Positions 1 through 11,997 of a DNA stretch of 64,000 nt are shown here, piece by piece. Position 1 is the first letter of the stretch; every line of letters starts with the position of its first letter. This DNA is from Lophium mytilinum (taxonomy: Eukaryota): assembly GCA_010093605.1 (NCBI GenBank), contig MU004196.1:1076606-1140605 (forward strand), read 5' to 3'. Position numbers and translations under genes: made by a program. A model generated the notes under the pieces. That model was given only the letters and a program-made list of their open reading frames with translations. It searched no databases and was not told the origin of the DNA.

Positions 1-922
1 TGAGCTTCGCGGACGAAGCGGGACTGGTGGGTGACTTCAAGGCAGCTGCAGCTTCTGCCGATACCTGCTCTGTCGAGCCGGATGCGCCTCTTTGAGCCTG
101 TCCCTTCTTTGCCTTTCGCTGTCTCAATGCGTCTTCGTTGTGAAGTTTGATGCGGATTGATCGCTTGGCCGGTGCAATTTCCTCTGCCGAGGTTGATGCC
201 ATCGACTTCGACCGTGTATGGCGCGAGGGTGTATCATTGTCCTCGTCCCGGGTGGGAGGTCTCTCACTGTCGACCTCGGAGTCTGACGTTATTGCTGTCG
301 ATGTTGACGCGATGGATGGGGACCGTCTTGTAGGTCTCTTAAGACGCGGCTTCCCTGTGTTGACCCTTCGGGCTTCGCGGTCTTCCCTCTCTGCCGAGTC
401 CGAATTATCCCGGCTCTTCAGTTTTTCTGCCACAGGTCCCCGCCGCTTGCGAGAGAATGGACGCGCTATTTTGTATACCGGAGAGAGGATGGAGAAATGG
501 CCTTCGTCATCGTAGAAACAGGCAATGACATATGTGCCGGGTGCTACTATAGCCGTGATTAGAACCTTGAGCGTCCCCACGACGGCTTGTGAAACGCGCT
601 TTGGTATGAGCCAAGTCCTCGACACATTGGGCTCTGGATATGACCCGTCCCGTGAATCGCCGAGTAGGGGGGACTTCTCATCGAATTGGGATGCATAGGC
701 GTCGTCTCCGTTGGAGGCAAGAGCCTCCGCTTTAGTGGCAACCATGTCGCCTTTATCATTTACAGCTTCTATGCCAGACAGACCCTCATCATTCTTGTGT
801 TGTGCTGTGTATGTAGGCCGAGGATCCGCTGTGAGGATGTTGCTTTCTGATCCCGCGCGTGACCGTTGAGGGCTAGGAGGGGGAGTTGAGCCGATGGCGG
901 AAAGGATGTTCAGAGAGTTCAT
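1..922 (-). CDS. nem1: Nem1-like NIF/CTD-phosphatase family protein (nuclear envelope morphology protein 1); 5' part only, runs off the window
   Basis: Minus-strand ORF from ATG at 922: MNSLNILSAIGSTPPPSPQRSR...WLIPKRVSQAVVGTLKVLITAIVAPGTYVIACFYDDEGHFS. This matches my recollection of the N-terminus and hydrophobic segment of Pezizomycotina Nem1. The catalytic domain would lie outside the window. Confidence 0.65.
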   Translation of the reverse strand, partial: MNSLNILSAIGSTPPPSPQRSRAGSESNILTADPRPTYTAQHKNDEGLSGIEAVNDKGDMVATKAEALASNGDDAYASQFDEKSPLLGDSRDGSYPEPNVSRTWLIPKRVSQAVVGTLKVLITAIVAPGTYVIACFYDDEGHFSILSPVYKIARPFSRKRRGPVAEKLKSRDNSDSAEREDREARRVNTGKPRLKRPTRRSPSIASTSTAITSDSEVDSERPPTRDEDNDTPSRHTRSKSMASTSAEEIAPAKRSIRIKLHNEDALRQRKAKKGQAQRGASGSTEQVSAEAAAALKSPTSPASSAKL

Positions 923-1346
923 GCTCCGGGGCAAGCCATGAACGAGTGAATGACGACCTCCAAGAGCTTCTACGGGGATAAAATGGCGATGCGCCTGGGT
1001 TCGGATACGAGACTCTGCGCTTGTTGAGGCGCGCTCTGGGTGAGATTTGCGGCGCGGAGTTCGGAAGGGCTGGGAGGACAGGCGCGGAACGGTTTCAACC
1101 CGTGGCACCTCTGGAGAACCTTGAGCGGGCCGGGGGTTTGATGAGCCACGAGCGCAGACGAAAGAGGCGTTGGTTGAAAGGCAAAATATGCAGAGTGCTG
1201 GTCGGGCGATGTTTCGAAGCAATAAGCAATGACGACGGCTCTCCCGAGGCCCGTGGGCTTCCACGTGATATCAATATTGACTTCATATCGCCGAGGTACG
1301 CCAATGAACTTTCAACACCCGTCATCAGATAAGCAAAACAATCGCA

Positions 1347-2260
1347 ATTCACAGGTTCGTAAACGTTACATCCTATCGTAGATTAAGAAAATAGGCCAGG
1401 GGACTCCAGACAGCGCTACCACACATCCAAAGCGATTCCTATCATCAAGTCAATATACTGTACACATACCTCTGAAGCTCTGAATTGAACAAGCCGAGTT
1501 CTCGAACTGTAGCCCTCCATGAGGAGTTGAAGCGCTTCGATAGCGTAATAATACCCCTTCAATGCCTATCAGATTCACGTAGTCCAAAACGTTACATCCT
1601 ATTTCAATCTCGTATACCAAGCTAGAGGACTTCAGACGGCGCTATCACACCGGCAAAGCATCTGCGTGCAGCACCTGATTCTATCGGGCTGGTAACATGA
1701 ATAGATTTGAAGGCCTAGAATCTCATTGTTGAGTTTTTGAGATTATCGCCCTTCCTGAGGAGTTGAAGCGCTTCAATAGCGTAAGAGTACCCTTCCAATG
1801 CCTATCTGATTCATGTAGTCTGAAACGTTACATCCTGTTCTGAATTGGTGTACTAAGCCAAAGGACTTCAGACGGCGCTATTACACCGGCAAAACGACTG
1901 CGTGCAGCACCTGATTCTATGATGCTAGAAATATGAATAGATTAAAGGCTTGAAATCTCACTGCTGATTTCTTTACATTATAGCCGTTGATAAGTAGTTG
2001 AATAGCTTTAACAGTGTAAGAAGCCCCTTCCACTACCTATCTAATTCATGTAGTGTAAAACCTTACATCCTGCCCTAAAAAAGTTAGAGGACTGGAGGAC
2101 TTCAGACGGCGCTATCACGCATCTAAACGCCTGGTACTATAAGGTCAGCAGCACGAATAGTTCTGAAGCTCTGGATTCGGTACACTGAGCCTTTGAATTG
2201 CAACCTTTGATGAGGAGTTGAAGCGCTTCAACACCGTATCCAGATTAGCAGTTTGAAGAT
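1347..2260. repeat. Degenerate tandem array of four ~226-236 bp units
   Basis: The anchor AAACsTTACATCCT occurs at 1361, 1587, 1823 and 2058. Each unit also carries GGACTyCAGACrGCGCTA and GAGGAGTTGAAGCGCTTC (degenerate in unit 3). Confidence 0.9.
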
Positions 2261-2478
2261 ACACCCCTCCCAATTTGAAGAATAAATAATCATATTAAAT
2301 AAATCAACTCGATCTACACGGCCTATCCAGAAGGCCAAGTCATGGGTCTGTAAATCAGCCCGGGGTATAACCATATTTTCCGAGTGCAGACTACTCTTAA
2401 AAGTGCTCCAATGCATGCCCTATTGCGCCAAAATTGAAAGAAGAATCGAAAAATTTGGACCATTACTCTCTCTACTAT

Positions 2479-4416
2479 CTACATCATCAGCATGTTCTGC
2501 ACGTTTCGTGCGTGTTTGGCCTCCGCCTCCGCCCTCTCCCTCCCCAACTTCTCCAACAAGTACGCCCACGACTGGGGCGTCGGCGCCTTTGCGATGTCTA
2601 GGGACTTCTTGTAACTTGGGCAAAGAACCAGAACCTCCGGTGCCATTGGGGGGACCATTTCCGCCGCTTTTTGGAAGAATTCTTCCTTTCTCTCCGTCTT
2701 CAACCGCGCGTTCTCGTTACGGACCCTCCGAGCTTCCTCTTTCTCGAACTTCTCGATCTTTAGGGCAAACTCTACCCTCTCTGTCGCCAACCTCTGCTTC
2801 TCCTCCAAGTACTGCCTTTTCTCATCCGCCGAGGCGGCATTCAGGTCTGGGAACGTGGTCAAGAACTCGTTAATCGCGTTGTTTAGCTCCGTGGTGTGGA
2901 AGATGCTGGTGCTGAACCGCTCTGTGGCGGGCCCGGCCTTCGTGTAGTTCTTCCAGGAATCTTTAGTACCGGATGGGACACATTTCAGGACTTCAGGCGC
3001 GAGGGCAACGTGTGCTTGACCTAGCCTCTGCTTGATGGTATTGAGCGCGTCCTGCTGCTATAAGACGAGTTAGTAACATTCCAAACTACTCAGAGCCGGA
3101 AAACATACCACAACGAGCTCTGTGCTCATGTGAGCCTGGCACAAACGCTTGCAAAAGGCCCAATACGTCTTCCTCGCGAGCTTGTCCTCACACCCTGTCA
3201 CCTGGCAGCCCTTACGATTACTAAGAAGGTTCGCGTATTGTTCCTCGGAGAGTCCAGGCAGAGGGTCTGGAATCTCGTTGCCGTAGGTATTGACTCGGCT
3301 GTCTCGCCATACTGCGGTGTGATTGGCAAGCAGTGGCATGAAGAACTGCATGTCGCGACATGTGAGAAGGGTGTTCGGGTGACTCCACTTGAAGACGTTG
3401 TTCCAGATACACGCTGATACTGGTGTTCTGACCGGGTTGCTGACGCGGAGTTTAGTAGGTCGAGGGTTTGGGTCTTGCGTGTCCTTTGGCTCAGAGCGCT
3501 TGCGCTTTTTCGAGACGGCCGCCTTGGGTACCTCGTGTTGGATGTGACGGAGGGGCTGTAGAGGCTCAACAGTTTGCGTGGACTGTAAAGAATGAGCCTG
3601 ATCGGTAGATAGAGTCGCGGTGGCAGAGTGGGCGGGCTCATTGAGCTGCTGGAAGGCGGACGTGGGGGCAGGCTGGTACGTTGTGTCGACGTGCTGCTGT
3701 GCGGAAGGTGTGGGTTGGTGGGTAGAGTTAGAAGACTGTCGCATCCAGTTGAGTGGGTTCAGAGCAGTCTGGAGAGGTTGGTGGAGTCGGCTGAAGTGCT
3801 GCTGAGCAGGAACGACAGGTCGGTCGGAGGAGTCAGGAGACGGACGCATCTGGTCGAGGTGCTGTCGAGTTGTTTGGGAAGGCTGGTTGAGCTGGCCAAA
3901 GCGGTACTCGGTAGGAGTGCTGGCTTGGTAAGGATCTTCGAGCGGATGTCGGATGGACTGCTGATACGTCTGCTGGGGAGGAGGCTGGTAGATCTGGCCG
4001 AAGCGCTGCGGGGGGGGAGGGGTGACTCGATGGGCACTGTCCAGCGATTGTCGGGCTGACTGCTGAAGAGGCTCGTGCATCTGGACGAAGTGCTGCTGGG
4101 CAAGAGGGTTGCGGTTCATCGGGTCCTGGATTGGATCGTGTTGTTGCTGAGTTGATCGCGGGTGCTGGTCTAGAGGGCCGTGGGGAAGCAGCCGCTCAGC
4201 CTGGTAGGCATGATAGCGAAAAGGCGGATCTGAGCCGAAACCCTGTTGGCCAGATTGGTCGTGTTGTTGCATAGCGTCGAGGGGTTGACCGGCCGGCTTA
4301 ACAGTCTGGCCGTGTTGCGCATTGCGGATATGGCGACGGAAGTTTAAGTAGCCTTCGACGCCTATCAGAGACCTGGTGGCCTCTTGAGGATCGACCTTGA
4401 AGCTGACATCGCCCAT
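2479..4416 (-). CDS. F-box-like domain protein with Q/P-rich low-complexity N-terminus (2 exons; intron ~3058-3108)
   Basis: ATG at 4416 (MGDVSFK). The segment IWNNVF..WRDSR..PDPLPGLSEEQYANLL..GCQ..C..RKTYWAF.KRLC is typical of a fungal F-box-like family. A GTATGT..CTAAC..TAG intron joins it in frame to the 2479..2862 ORF. Confidence 0.65.
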
Positions 4417-5474
4417 GGTGACGGTTCCAAGGTGCACAGATGTCGGAGAAGAAAGAGGCGGTGATTGAGACGGAGATGGAGGTGGAGATGGAGATGGAGA
4501 TGCAGATGCAGACGCAACAAGTGGAAAGGTGATCAGAGCGCGAGCCGACGAGGTCAGCAGGCTAGCGAAAGTAAAAGGGTAAAGAGAGTCGACGCAGAAG
4601 AAATGTGTCGGTGGATGGTGCAAGGAAAGGTGTTGAGGTCGCTGGTGTAGAAGATATAGTGGCAAGCGAAACTGTCCATTATTGTGCGGGCGAACAATAG
4701 CAGGTGCGCCTTTTACTTAGGTGAAGTTCGCAGAGGCGGCCCGCGCCAATTCCACGTGGCTTATATTATTGTGCGGAAAATCCCTTTGGTACCAGTGATT
4801 CGCTGGAGCAAAAGAGGCACTGTAGCCTTCCAGAGTGCTCAAATTACTTTGCTGCTGAGCGCTCTGATGTTGGCGATGACGGTCGACGGGGGTTGATGCC
4901 GCTGTGGCGGAATGCCTCCGAGGCGGCCACGTGACATTGGTTCCACCCCTGCACGAAATAGCGGCTCCACATACCGCGGAAAGCTTGGCCTTTGGTTGGA
5001 GGCTCAGGGGCGTTTGAGACACTCCATGAGCAGCTACACTCCGGAGCTTAGGTCTGTATCGTAAGGAATTTGGGTCAGCCTCATCACCGCGTTGATAGTC
5101 GACTTCCGAATGGGTTTCCGTTCGAGCATAATACTATCGCACGGCCGGGTAGCGAATCATTCGTGAATAAGCATTGAGCATAATGTTGTAGGTAGGTACT
5201 TTGTGGCCATGTTAATTGACCCTTTCAAGCCTCAAGACAGCAGAGCTTAGGACTAGGCCTCTATCTATGTTACCTCAAGAACGTCTTCCTTACTTATCAT
5301 CCCTCACGATTACACAATTCAACATGTCGGTAGCAAAGTATGACAGATTTCGGTTGCTAATACGGTGGGATATCGACAATCGCCATGTTGTGAACAATGA
5401 CGACTACACGGGATGCATATGAAACCGCCGATGCCCCCATCCCAACGCTGACACCGCAGAATACAAAATCCGGC

Positions 5475-7508
5475 ATGTCCTTCTTGCAACTCGAAGGCCT
5501 CCATGTCTTTGTGACAGGGGCGGCGGGAGGGATTGGATCAAGCATAGTTACCGAATTCCTGGGTAAAGATCGCGAAATCTATTGCGCAGATGGTGGAATT
5601 CTCATGCTGACCGGACTGCAGCGCAAGGATGCAATGTTACTGGCCATGATCTGAAACAGAACACGGCTTTGGCGCTGTCGCCTCGACTTCATGTTGTACA
5701 AGGCGACATCTCCGACGAGAACTCGATCGAGAAATGTATGACTGCTGCCCGCGAACGCTTTGGCCCAATCCATATACTGGCAGCAAACGCTGGGATTACC
5801 GACGAGTCAAATGACTACCCTATATGGGAGATGCCGGCAGAGCTTTGGGATAGGACCTATGCCGTGAATAATCGTGGTACATTCCTCACTATAAAGCATT
5901 TCCTTCGGTCCGCAGACATCTGGCAGAAGGAATGGAACGCCGAGCTACCAAACCTAGCCATTGTGGTAACGTTAGTGACCTTCAGCCTATCGTTCTCTGA
6001 AACCCCAAATTGATGTATTTGGACCAGTGGGAGTGAGTGTGGTAAGTTTGGGCAAGCTGGGCATGTAGAGTATGCATCCGGAAAGGTATTACTCTTCGTA
6101 GATTCGAGGCTAGGACGTCACTCACGCATTATAGGCTGGGCTACAGTACGGACTAGTCCGTAGCGTCAAGAACGAGATCGTAAGACTCAACTCGGCGGCA
6201 AGAATAAATGCTGTAGCTCCAGGTTGGGTTGACACGCCTTTGATTGAAGGGCGCCTAGATGACCCTAAAGAGATGTATCGAGAGGCCCAAGCAACGTAAG
6301 ACCCTCTCAAACGCTTCAGACTCCATATTGATAAAGGAAGTGTGCCACTCCGGAAGATTGCAAAACCAACAGATGTGGCCCGCACAGTGGCTTTTTTGGC
6401 GTCTCATAGAGCAGCAGGCCACATCAGTGGCCAGTGCATATCCGTGGATGGGGGTATGGAAGGAAGAATGGTTTGGTCTGAATCCGAGATTGCCCAGAGA
6501 ACGGAAGACCTACATCTAGCAAGGCCGATGACTACGGGAGCTGCAACGCCCATTCCCATGAAGATAGCACCACCGCAGAAACCTATCCGATCAATTAAGA
6601 TTGCAGTATCAATCGATTTCGATGCGGTTTCTGGATGGCTCGGTACCGGCACTTCTCCTGAGAACAATCTCTCGGACTACAGCTCCGGCTTTTTCTCAGC
6701 TCTCGTAGGAGTTCCAAGGCTCCTAAAACTGTTCAAACGACTGGAAATAGCCGATAAAACTACCTGGTTCGTTCCCATGCATTCTGCAGAGAGCTTTCCA
6801 GAGCAGTTTAAGGCAATTCTAGACTCTGGATGTGAATTGGGATTGCACGGATATTGTCATGAAGGAGCTCCGCAACTGACGCCAGACCAAGAACGCGATG
6901 TTCTCGAACACTGCATCTCGATTGCGACGAAGCTCTCGGGAAAGAAGCCACGCGGCTACCGCGCACCACTGTATCAGCTTCGAGAAACCACCATTGACTT
7001 ACTTGAAGAGCATGGCTTTCTGTACGACTCCTCGCTCTCGCATCACGATAGCAAGCCTTACCACATACCGCGCCTGCCACCCATAACGCAACCCAACTTC
7101 ACACCCGAAGCCAGCGCTAAAGAGTGGATGCATCCACTTCCTCAGCCCGAGTCGCCAACATCCACGACGTTGGTAGAAATTCCGGGGTCGTGGTACGTGG
7201 AGGACATGACGCCGCTGCAATTCTGGCCCCACACGCCTAATTCTCAGGGCTATGTGGATGTTCGATTAATCGAGCGTATGTGGATGGATCGCTTTGACAT
7301 CCTGCATAGTGAGCTAGCAGAACAAGATGAGGATGAGTTGGTAGTGTTCCCCCTCATTCTGCACCCTGATACGAGTGGTATGGCCCATGTGATCGGAATG
7401 ATCGAACGTATATTGAAGTGGCTTCAAGGATGGGAAGACGAGGTGGAGTTTATGACGTTCGAGACGATTGCAGAGATTTGGAAGAAAGCCGAAAGAAACA
7501 AGGCATAG
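5475..7508 (+). CDS. Short-chain dehydrogenase/reductase fused to a polysaccharide deacetylase (CE4, PuuE/PgdA-like); about 5 exons
   Basis: SDR motifs: TGAAGGIG, ANAG, YASGK (YxxxK), RINAVAPG, ISGQCISVDGG. These continue with no stop into CE4 motifs SIDFDAVSGWLG, HGYCHE, GYRAPLY and LILHPD in ORF 6342..7508. Confidence 0.88.
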
Positions 7509-8717
7509 CCAGAACAGAGGGTATTGGCTGCAGCCGTGTTCTACTATCTCGGCGGGTAGTGGTAGAAGAGGCCTTCTCGTAGCTACATGTGAAGTTTATA
7601 GCACAAGAATGAGTGGGATCGTGAGTTCTATCATCTCGACTGGCCTGCACGCCTGACTCCGTCAATCTCAACTTCCGAATAGCAACTGCACGACATACCA
7701 TGAGATGTCCGAGTCCACCTGAGGCGACTTTCGTATGGCTTCAAAAGAGGCCGGCACTGGGCTTTGCAACATATGCGACTCGACCTTTCTCGCGTTATGC
7801 ACATACATCCACTTGCAGCAGACGAATAGATTCGTCGTCAGATTGTATCCCTCCCTTTGTGGTACGAAGACTCGGACTTCGCAATCGACGCCTTTGGCTC
7901 TGAAGAGCTCCGCAGTGGCTGCTATGTCGCGTGGAAAAAGCCGATACCCAGAAGTTGGGGAAATTTGCCTGCGATGAGAAAATTGTCAAATTCGGTAACG
8001 CTGATTTTGAAGCCTTGGACGAGGGCGATCACAGGCATAGTGAAAACAAGGATGTATCTTTCTTAGGCGCAAGGCGCAAACGAGGGATATTGAGATTGTA
8101 AATGTAACTAGAATAGAAAAGGAAAATGGGGGTTGAGGGGGAACGGTGATGGCATGAGGCCTCTTTGAGAAGTTTTCTAATAAAGTAGAGCCTTGGTTCA
8201 ATTGGTTGTGATGTGGCTGTTGCCTTGAAGGTAGCAGTGAAACTACTTAAAACAATTCCAGTCAATGGCTGATTGAGAATGAGGCCATGCCCCAGATGAA
8301 TAGCTAAAGACAGGACTCGCGATTTGTGTAAATTTATTCCTCAGTCGGTAATTGATTGGGTTTCCGCCTAGAATAAGCTGCGCAACGACCACCTCTGAAA
8401 GTTCATGTTTATCATTATTCGGCTATCCAACGAGTCCTTCAAACCGGCGAGGCTCTAAGCATATACGGCGTAGTGTCATTGGGCCTTTGAATGGTTAGTC
8501 TTACACCGTTGAGGCCGTTCTACTTCCCATTAACGGCGGCAATGCGACGATCAAGTATGTGAGATATAGAGCATCTGCTCCGTTTATATAGCTAGCACGG
8601 AAGAATCAAGTGCATTGCTCGGGCGATGCGACCACGCCGCTCGTGATCCTCCAGCCTATTCTTTAAATGCAGAACAGGATTCCATAGCTATAGCCTCGCT
8701 GATTAGGTGTCAGGTCT

Positions 8718-11386
8718 CTAATCAGTCAACTCATTCTCTCTTGTGACCTCTTCTCTGCCCTCTTTACCTTTCATGGCTAATAAATTCAACGCGCTTCCTG
8801 CAATGATAAATCCGCATTGATCACCACTCATTGTGTGCTTGGTTTGCACCCTTACCTCACTGCCATCCTTCTTCTTGACAAGTAGCCCCACGCTGCCCTT
8901 TCCGCCACTCTTCAGCACGTCCAGTAAGCCTACAGTACTAACGTCATCGCATGCGTCGATGAGGTCGTAGTCTGTCTCGTTGACAAAAGTCAGGGGCACT
9001 ACACCCTGCTTCTTGAGATTCGTCTCATGGATGCGTGCAAATGACTTCGCGAGAATGACGCGACCACCCAGGTAGCGTGGCTGTAGCGCGGCGTGTTCGC
9101 GCGCACTACCCTCGCCGTAGTTGTGCTCGGCGACGACGAGCCACTCAATGCCTGCGTCGCGCCAGCGCTTCGCAAGATCCGGGATGCCGGATGTGGTGCC
9201 GTCCACATCGTAGGCCGTGTTGACTTCGTCAGTGGCAGCATTGATTGCGCCAATGAGGGTGTTCTCCGATATGTTGGGAAGATGACCTTTGTACTTGAGC
9301 CATGGACCTGCAGCTGAGATGGTATCTGTTGTGCATTGGCCCTTCACCTTATAGAGAACACGAAGGCCGGCGAGTTCCGAGTTGGGGAACGGCGGGAACG
9401 GGTCTAGGAGTGCGAGGCGGGTTGATGAGGGATCAACCTTGACTTCTTCGGAGGGAGTTGGTACGCCCGGTGTAGCGAAGAACTCAGGGTTCCCTTCTGC
9501 GAAACCTGCTGCTGGAAGATCGGAGCCTTTTGGAGGGGAGAAACGGAACGGCGTGCCTGATGGTGTCGGGAGAGTGTCTGTGATCGGATTGAATGTAGTT
9601 GAGCCCGCATAAGACATGGCAGTGACGAGCTCCGGAGACGCGAGGAAATTCATCGTCAACGGATTGCCGTCATTGCGGCCTCGAAAGTTGCGGTTATACG
9701 AGGTGAAAATAGCGTTTGATTCGCCTTTTTTCACGCCGTCAGTCCGCTTCCACTGTCCAATGCAAGGCCCACACGCATTGGCAAGGACAGTTCCACCAGC
9801 AGAAGAGAAAGTCGAAAGGGTATCATCTCGGTCCAGAGTTGCACGGATCTGCTCACTACCTGGCGTTATGAAGAAGTCAGCCTTGGGGGAGAGACCTGCT
9901 GCTGATGCTTGTTTAACAAGATCTTCAGCTCGGGTCATGTCCTGGTATGAACTGTTTGTGCAGCTGCCTATGAGACCCGCACCAAACGTTCTTGGCCAGT
10001 TATTTTCCTCGACTACTGATGCGAATTTGGACAGGGGAGTAGAGAGGTCGGGCGTCATAGGGCCATTGATGTGCGGTTCGAGCTTTGAGAGGTCAATTGT
10101 AATGACCTTATCGTATTGAGCCTCAGAGTCAGCACGCAGAAGGTTCTGGACAGAAGGCGCTGATGCGATGGCTTGTGCCGCTTTAGCAATGGGTTCGCGA
10201 TGAGTAGCCACCAAGTAGGGCACGTGTTGCGCGGAGAACGGGAACAGAGAGGTTGTTGCGCCAACTTCAGCACCCATATTACAGATTGTAGCCATTCCGG
10301 TGCAGCTAAGCGTTTCGACACCAGGCCCGAAGTATTCGATCACGTAACCAGTGCCGCCCTATGTCACTATCAGAAGCTGTTTCAAGGTTATGATTGACGT
10401 GATACTTACTCTCACGGTCAGTTGCCCAGCTAGGTACATTATCACATCCTTAGGAGACGTCCATCCGCTGAGCTCTCCAACAAGTTCGACTCCTAGTATC
10501 TTGGGGGCTTTTAATTCCCATGGGGCATCAACAAGCGCGTCTACAGCATCCGCTCCACCAACGCCGATCGCAATTGCACCTAGACCTCCAGCGTTGGGCG
10601 TATGGCTATCCGTTCCCAGCATCATCAATCCTGGGGCGGAGTAATTTTCCAAGACACTCTGGTGGATGATACCCGCTCCAGGAGGCCAGAACTCAATTCC
10701 GTACTTCTTTGCCGCAGACTCTAGGAAGTCAAAGACTTCCTTATTTCCCGTTATTGATGCTGGCAAATCTGTATCTGCGCCTTTTTCTCCAACAATCATG
10801 TGGTCGCAATGTATACTGGCAGGGACTGCTGTTGACGGCAGTCCACAGGACATGAATTGTAGCAATGCCATCTGCGCCGAAGCATCCTGCATAGCCACTC
10901 GGTCTGGCTTGAGCTTTAGGTTTGCCATGCCCCTGATGTTCGCGCCATTCTGGGTATTCGTGAGGAGTGACTCTTCTGGGTTGTCCAGATGCGAGTATAA
11001 AATCTTCTCGGCAAGAGTCAATTGCCTGCTGTGTCCAAGCACCTTTCGGACTTCGTGCAGCTTCTTGACGAGCTTTTGGTATGGAGGTGTTCGAGAGGCA
11101 ATGTCCACATGGGGGTGGGGTAGGCCAGAGTGGGCCGTGGCTAGATGTCGCCTGTTCAAGATCTTGGAGGGTCGAATAGAGGCGCGTTGGCAGACCTAAT
11201 CTCATAATTAAACATGATTTCAGAGTTAAGCTCTATGTGCGAACAGAGGATGTGTGTTCAGGGTTGAAGCATATAAGGCTGGATTCGACAAAAGCTCAAC
11301 GCGTGCTAGGAGCACCAATGCAAGGCTGGGAGGTTACTTACCCCTATATTAAAGGGTCGCCCCGCCTGAAGAGCCTGCACCCGCAT
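8718..11386 (-). CDS. aco2: Mitochondrial aconitase family protein of the Aco2/AcoB type (homocitrate dehydratase-like); 3 exons
   Basis: Motifs [62 protein letters not shown]. Exon 1 ([21 protein letters not shown] donor) splices to the presequence-like [20 protein letters not shown]. Second intron ~10359-10409. Confidence 0.9.
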
Positions 11387-11997
11387 CGTTGAAAATGTTG
11401 GCGGAGGGGTCGTGTGAGGCAGCGGAGGTGAGGCTATCCACAAAAAGTTCTCGGGATCTCCTCGTGCGATGTCGGCAGCAATTTAATGCTAGCCGGGGAA
11501 GCTGTAGCCAACCACTGGACATGTTTTATAAATATATTGAAAAACGTCTATTATTGTTGTCAAGCTATCTTCCAAATACTCCAAGCCTGAAATACCAACG
11601 CTCGGACGACTTCGACTTCTAGGGGGGTATACATGCCTACAGGGCCATTTTCGTAACAAATCTGCTTTTCTTGATGTGCCGAATATGGCCGTTTAGCATG
11701 GTGTCGCTTCTCCTCCACTCAGCCTCACCAAGTGGATACGTACTTCTCAGCCTGGTCGTCTCCACGAGTTTCTTTCCATCATGCAAGCGTCACACTCCTT
11801 TCATATAGCGTGGGCCGTTCCACCGTGTTACGAAATCCCGAGTTTCAATCACCATTTTACTTCTTGCCATATTAGAGATGACTTCTGCCATCCGTCAAAT
11901 CGACGCAAGTGCCCCGCGCCTATCATCGTGCCCTTTCTATAAAGGCTCTAAAAGCTTATGAGCCTAGTCGAGAGCCTCTTCAACAGCAGTGTCTGCT

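Noticed and set aside
1347..2260. CRISPR-like array
   Set aside because: Eukaryotic genome; units are ~235 bp and homologous along their length, with no unique spacers and no cas genes.
7560..8066. Fragmentary ORFs (GLCNICDST.., WYEDSDFAIDAF..) downstream of the deacetylase
   Set aside because: Broken across frames with no diagnostic motif; cannot be called.
9093..11199. Plus-strand ORFs overlapping aco2 (and similar ORFs antisense to crm1, nuc-2, hem2, pex19)
   Set aside because: Antisense shadows of codon-biased real genes.
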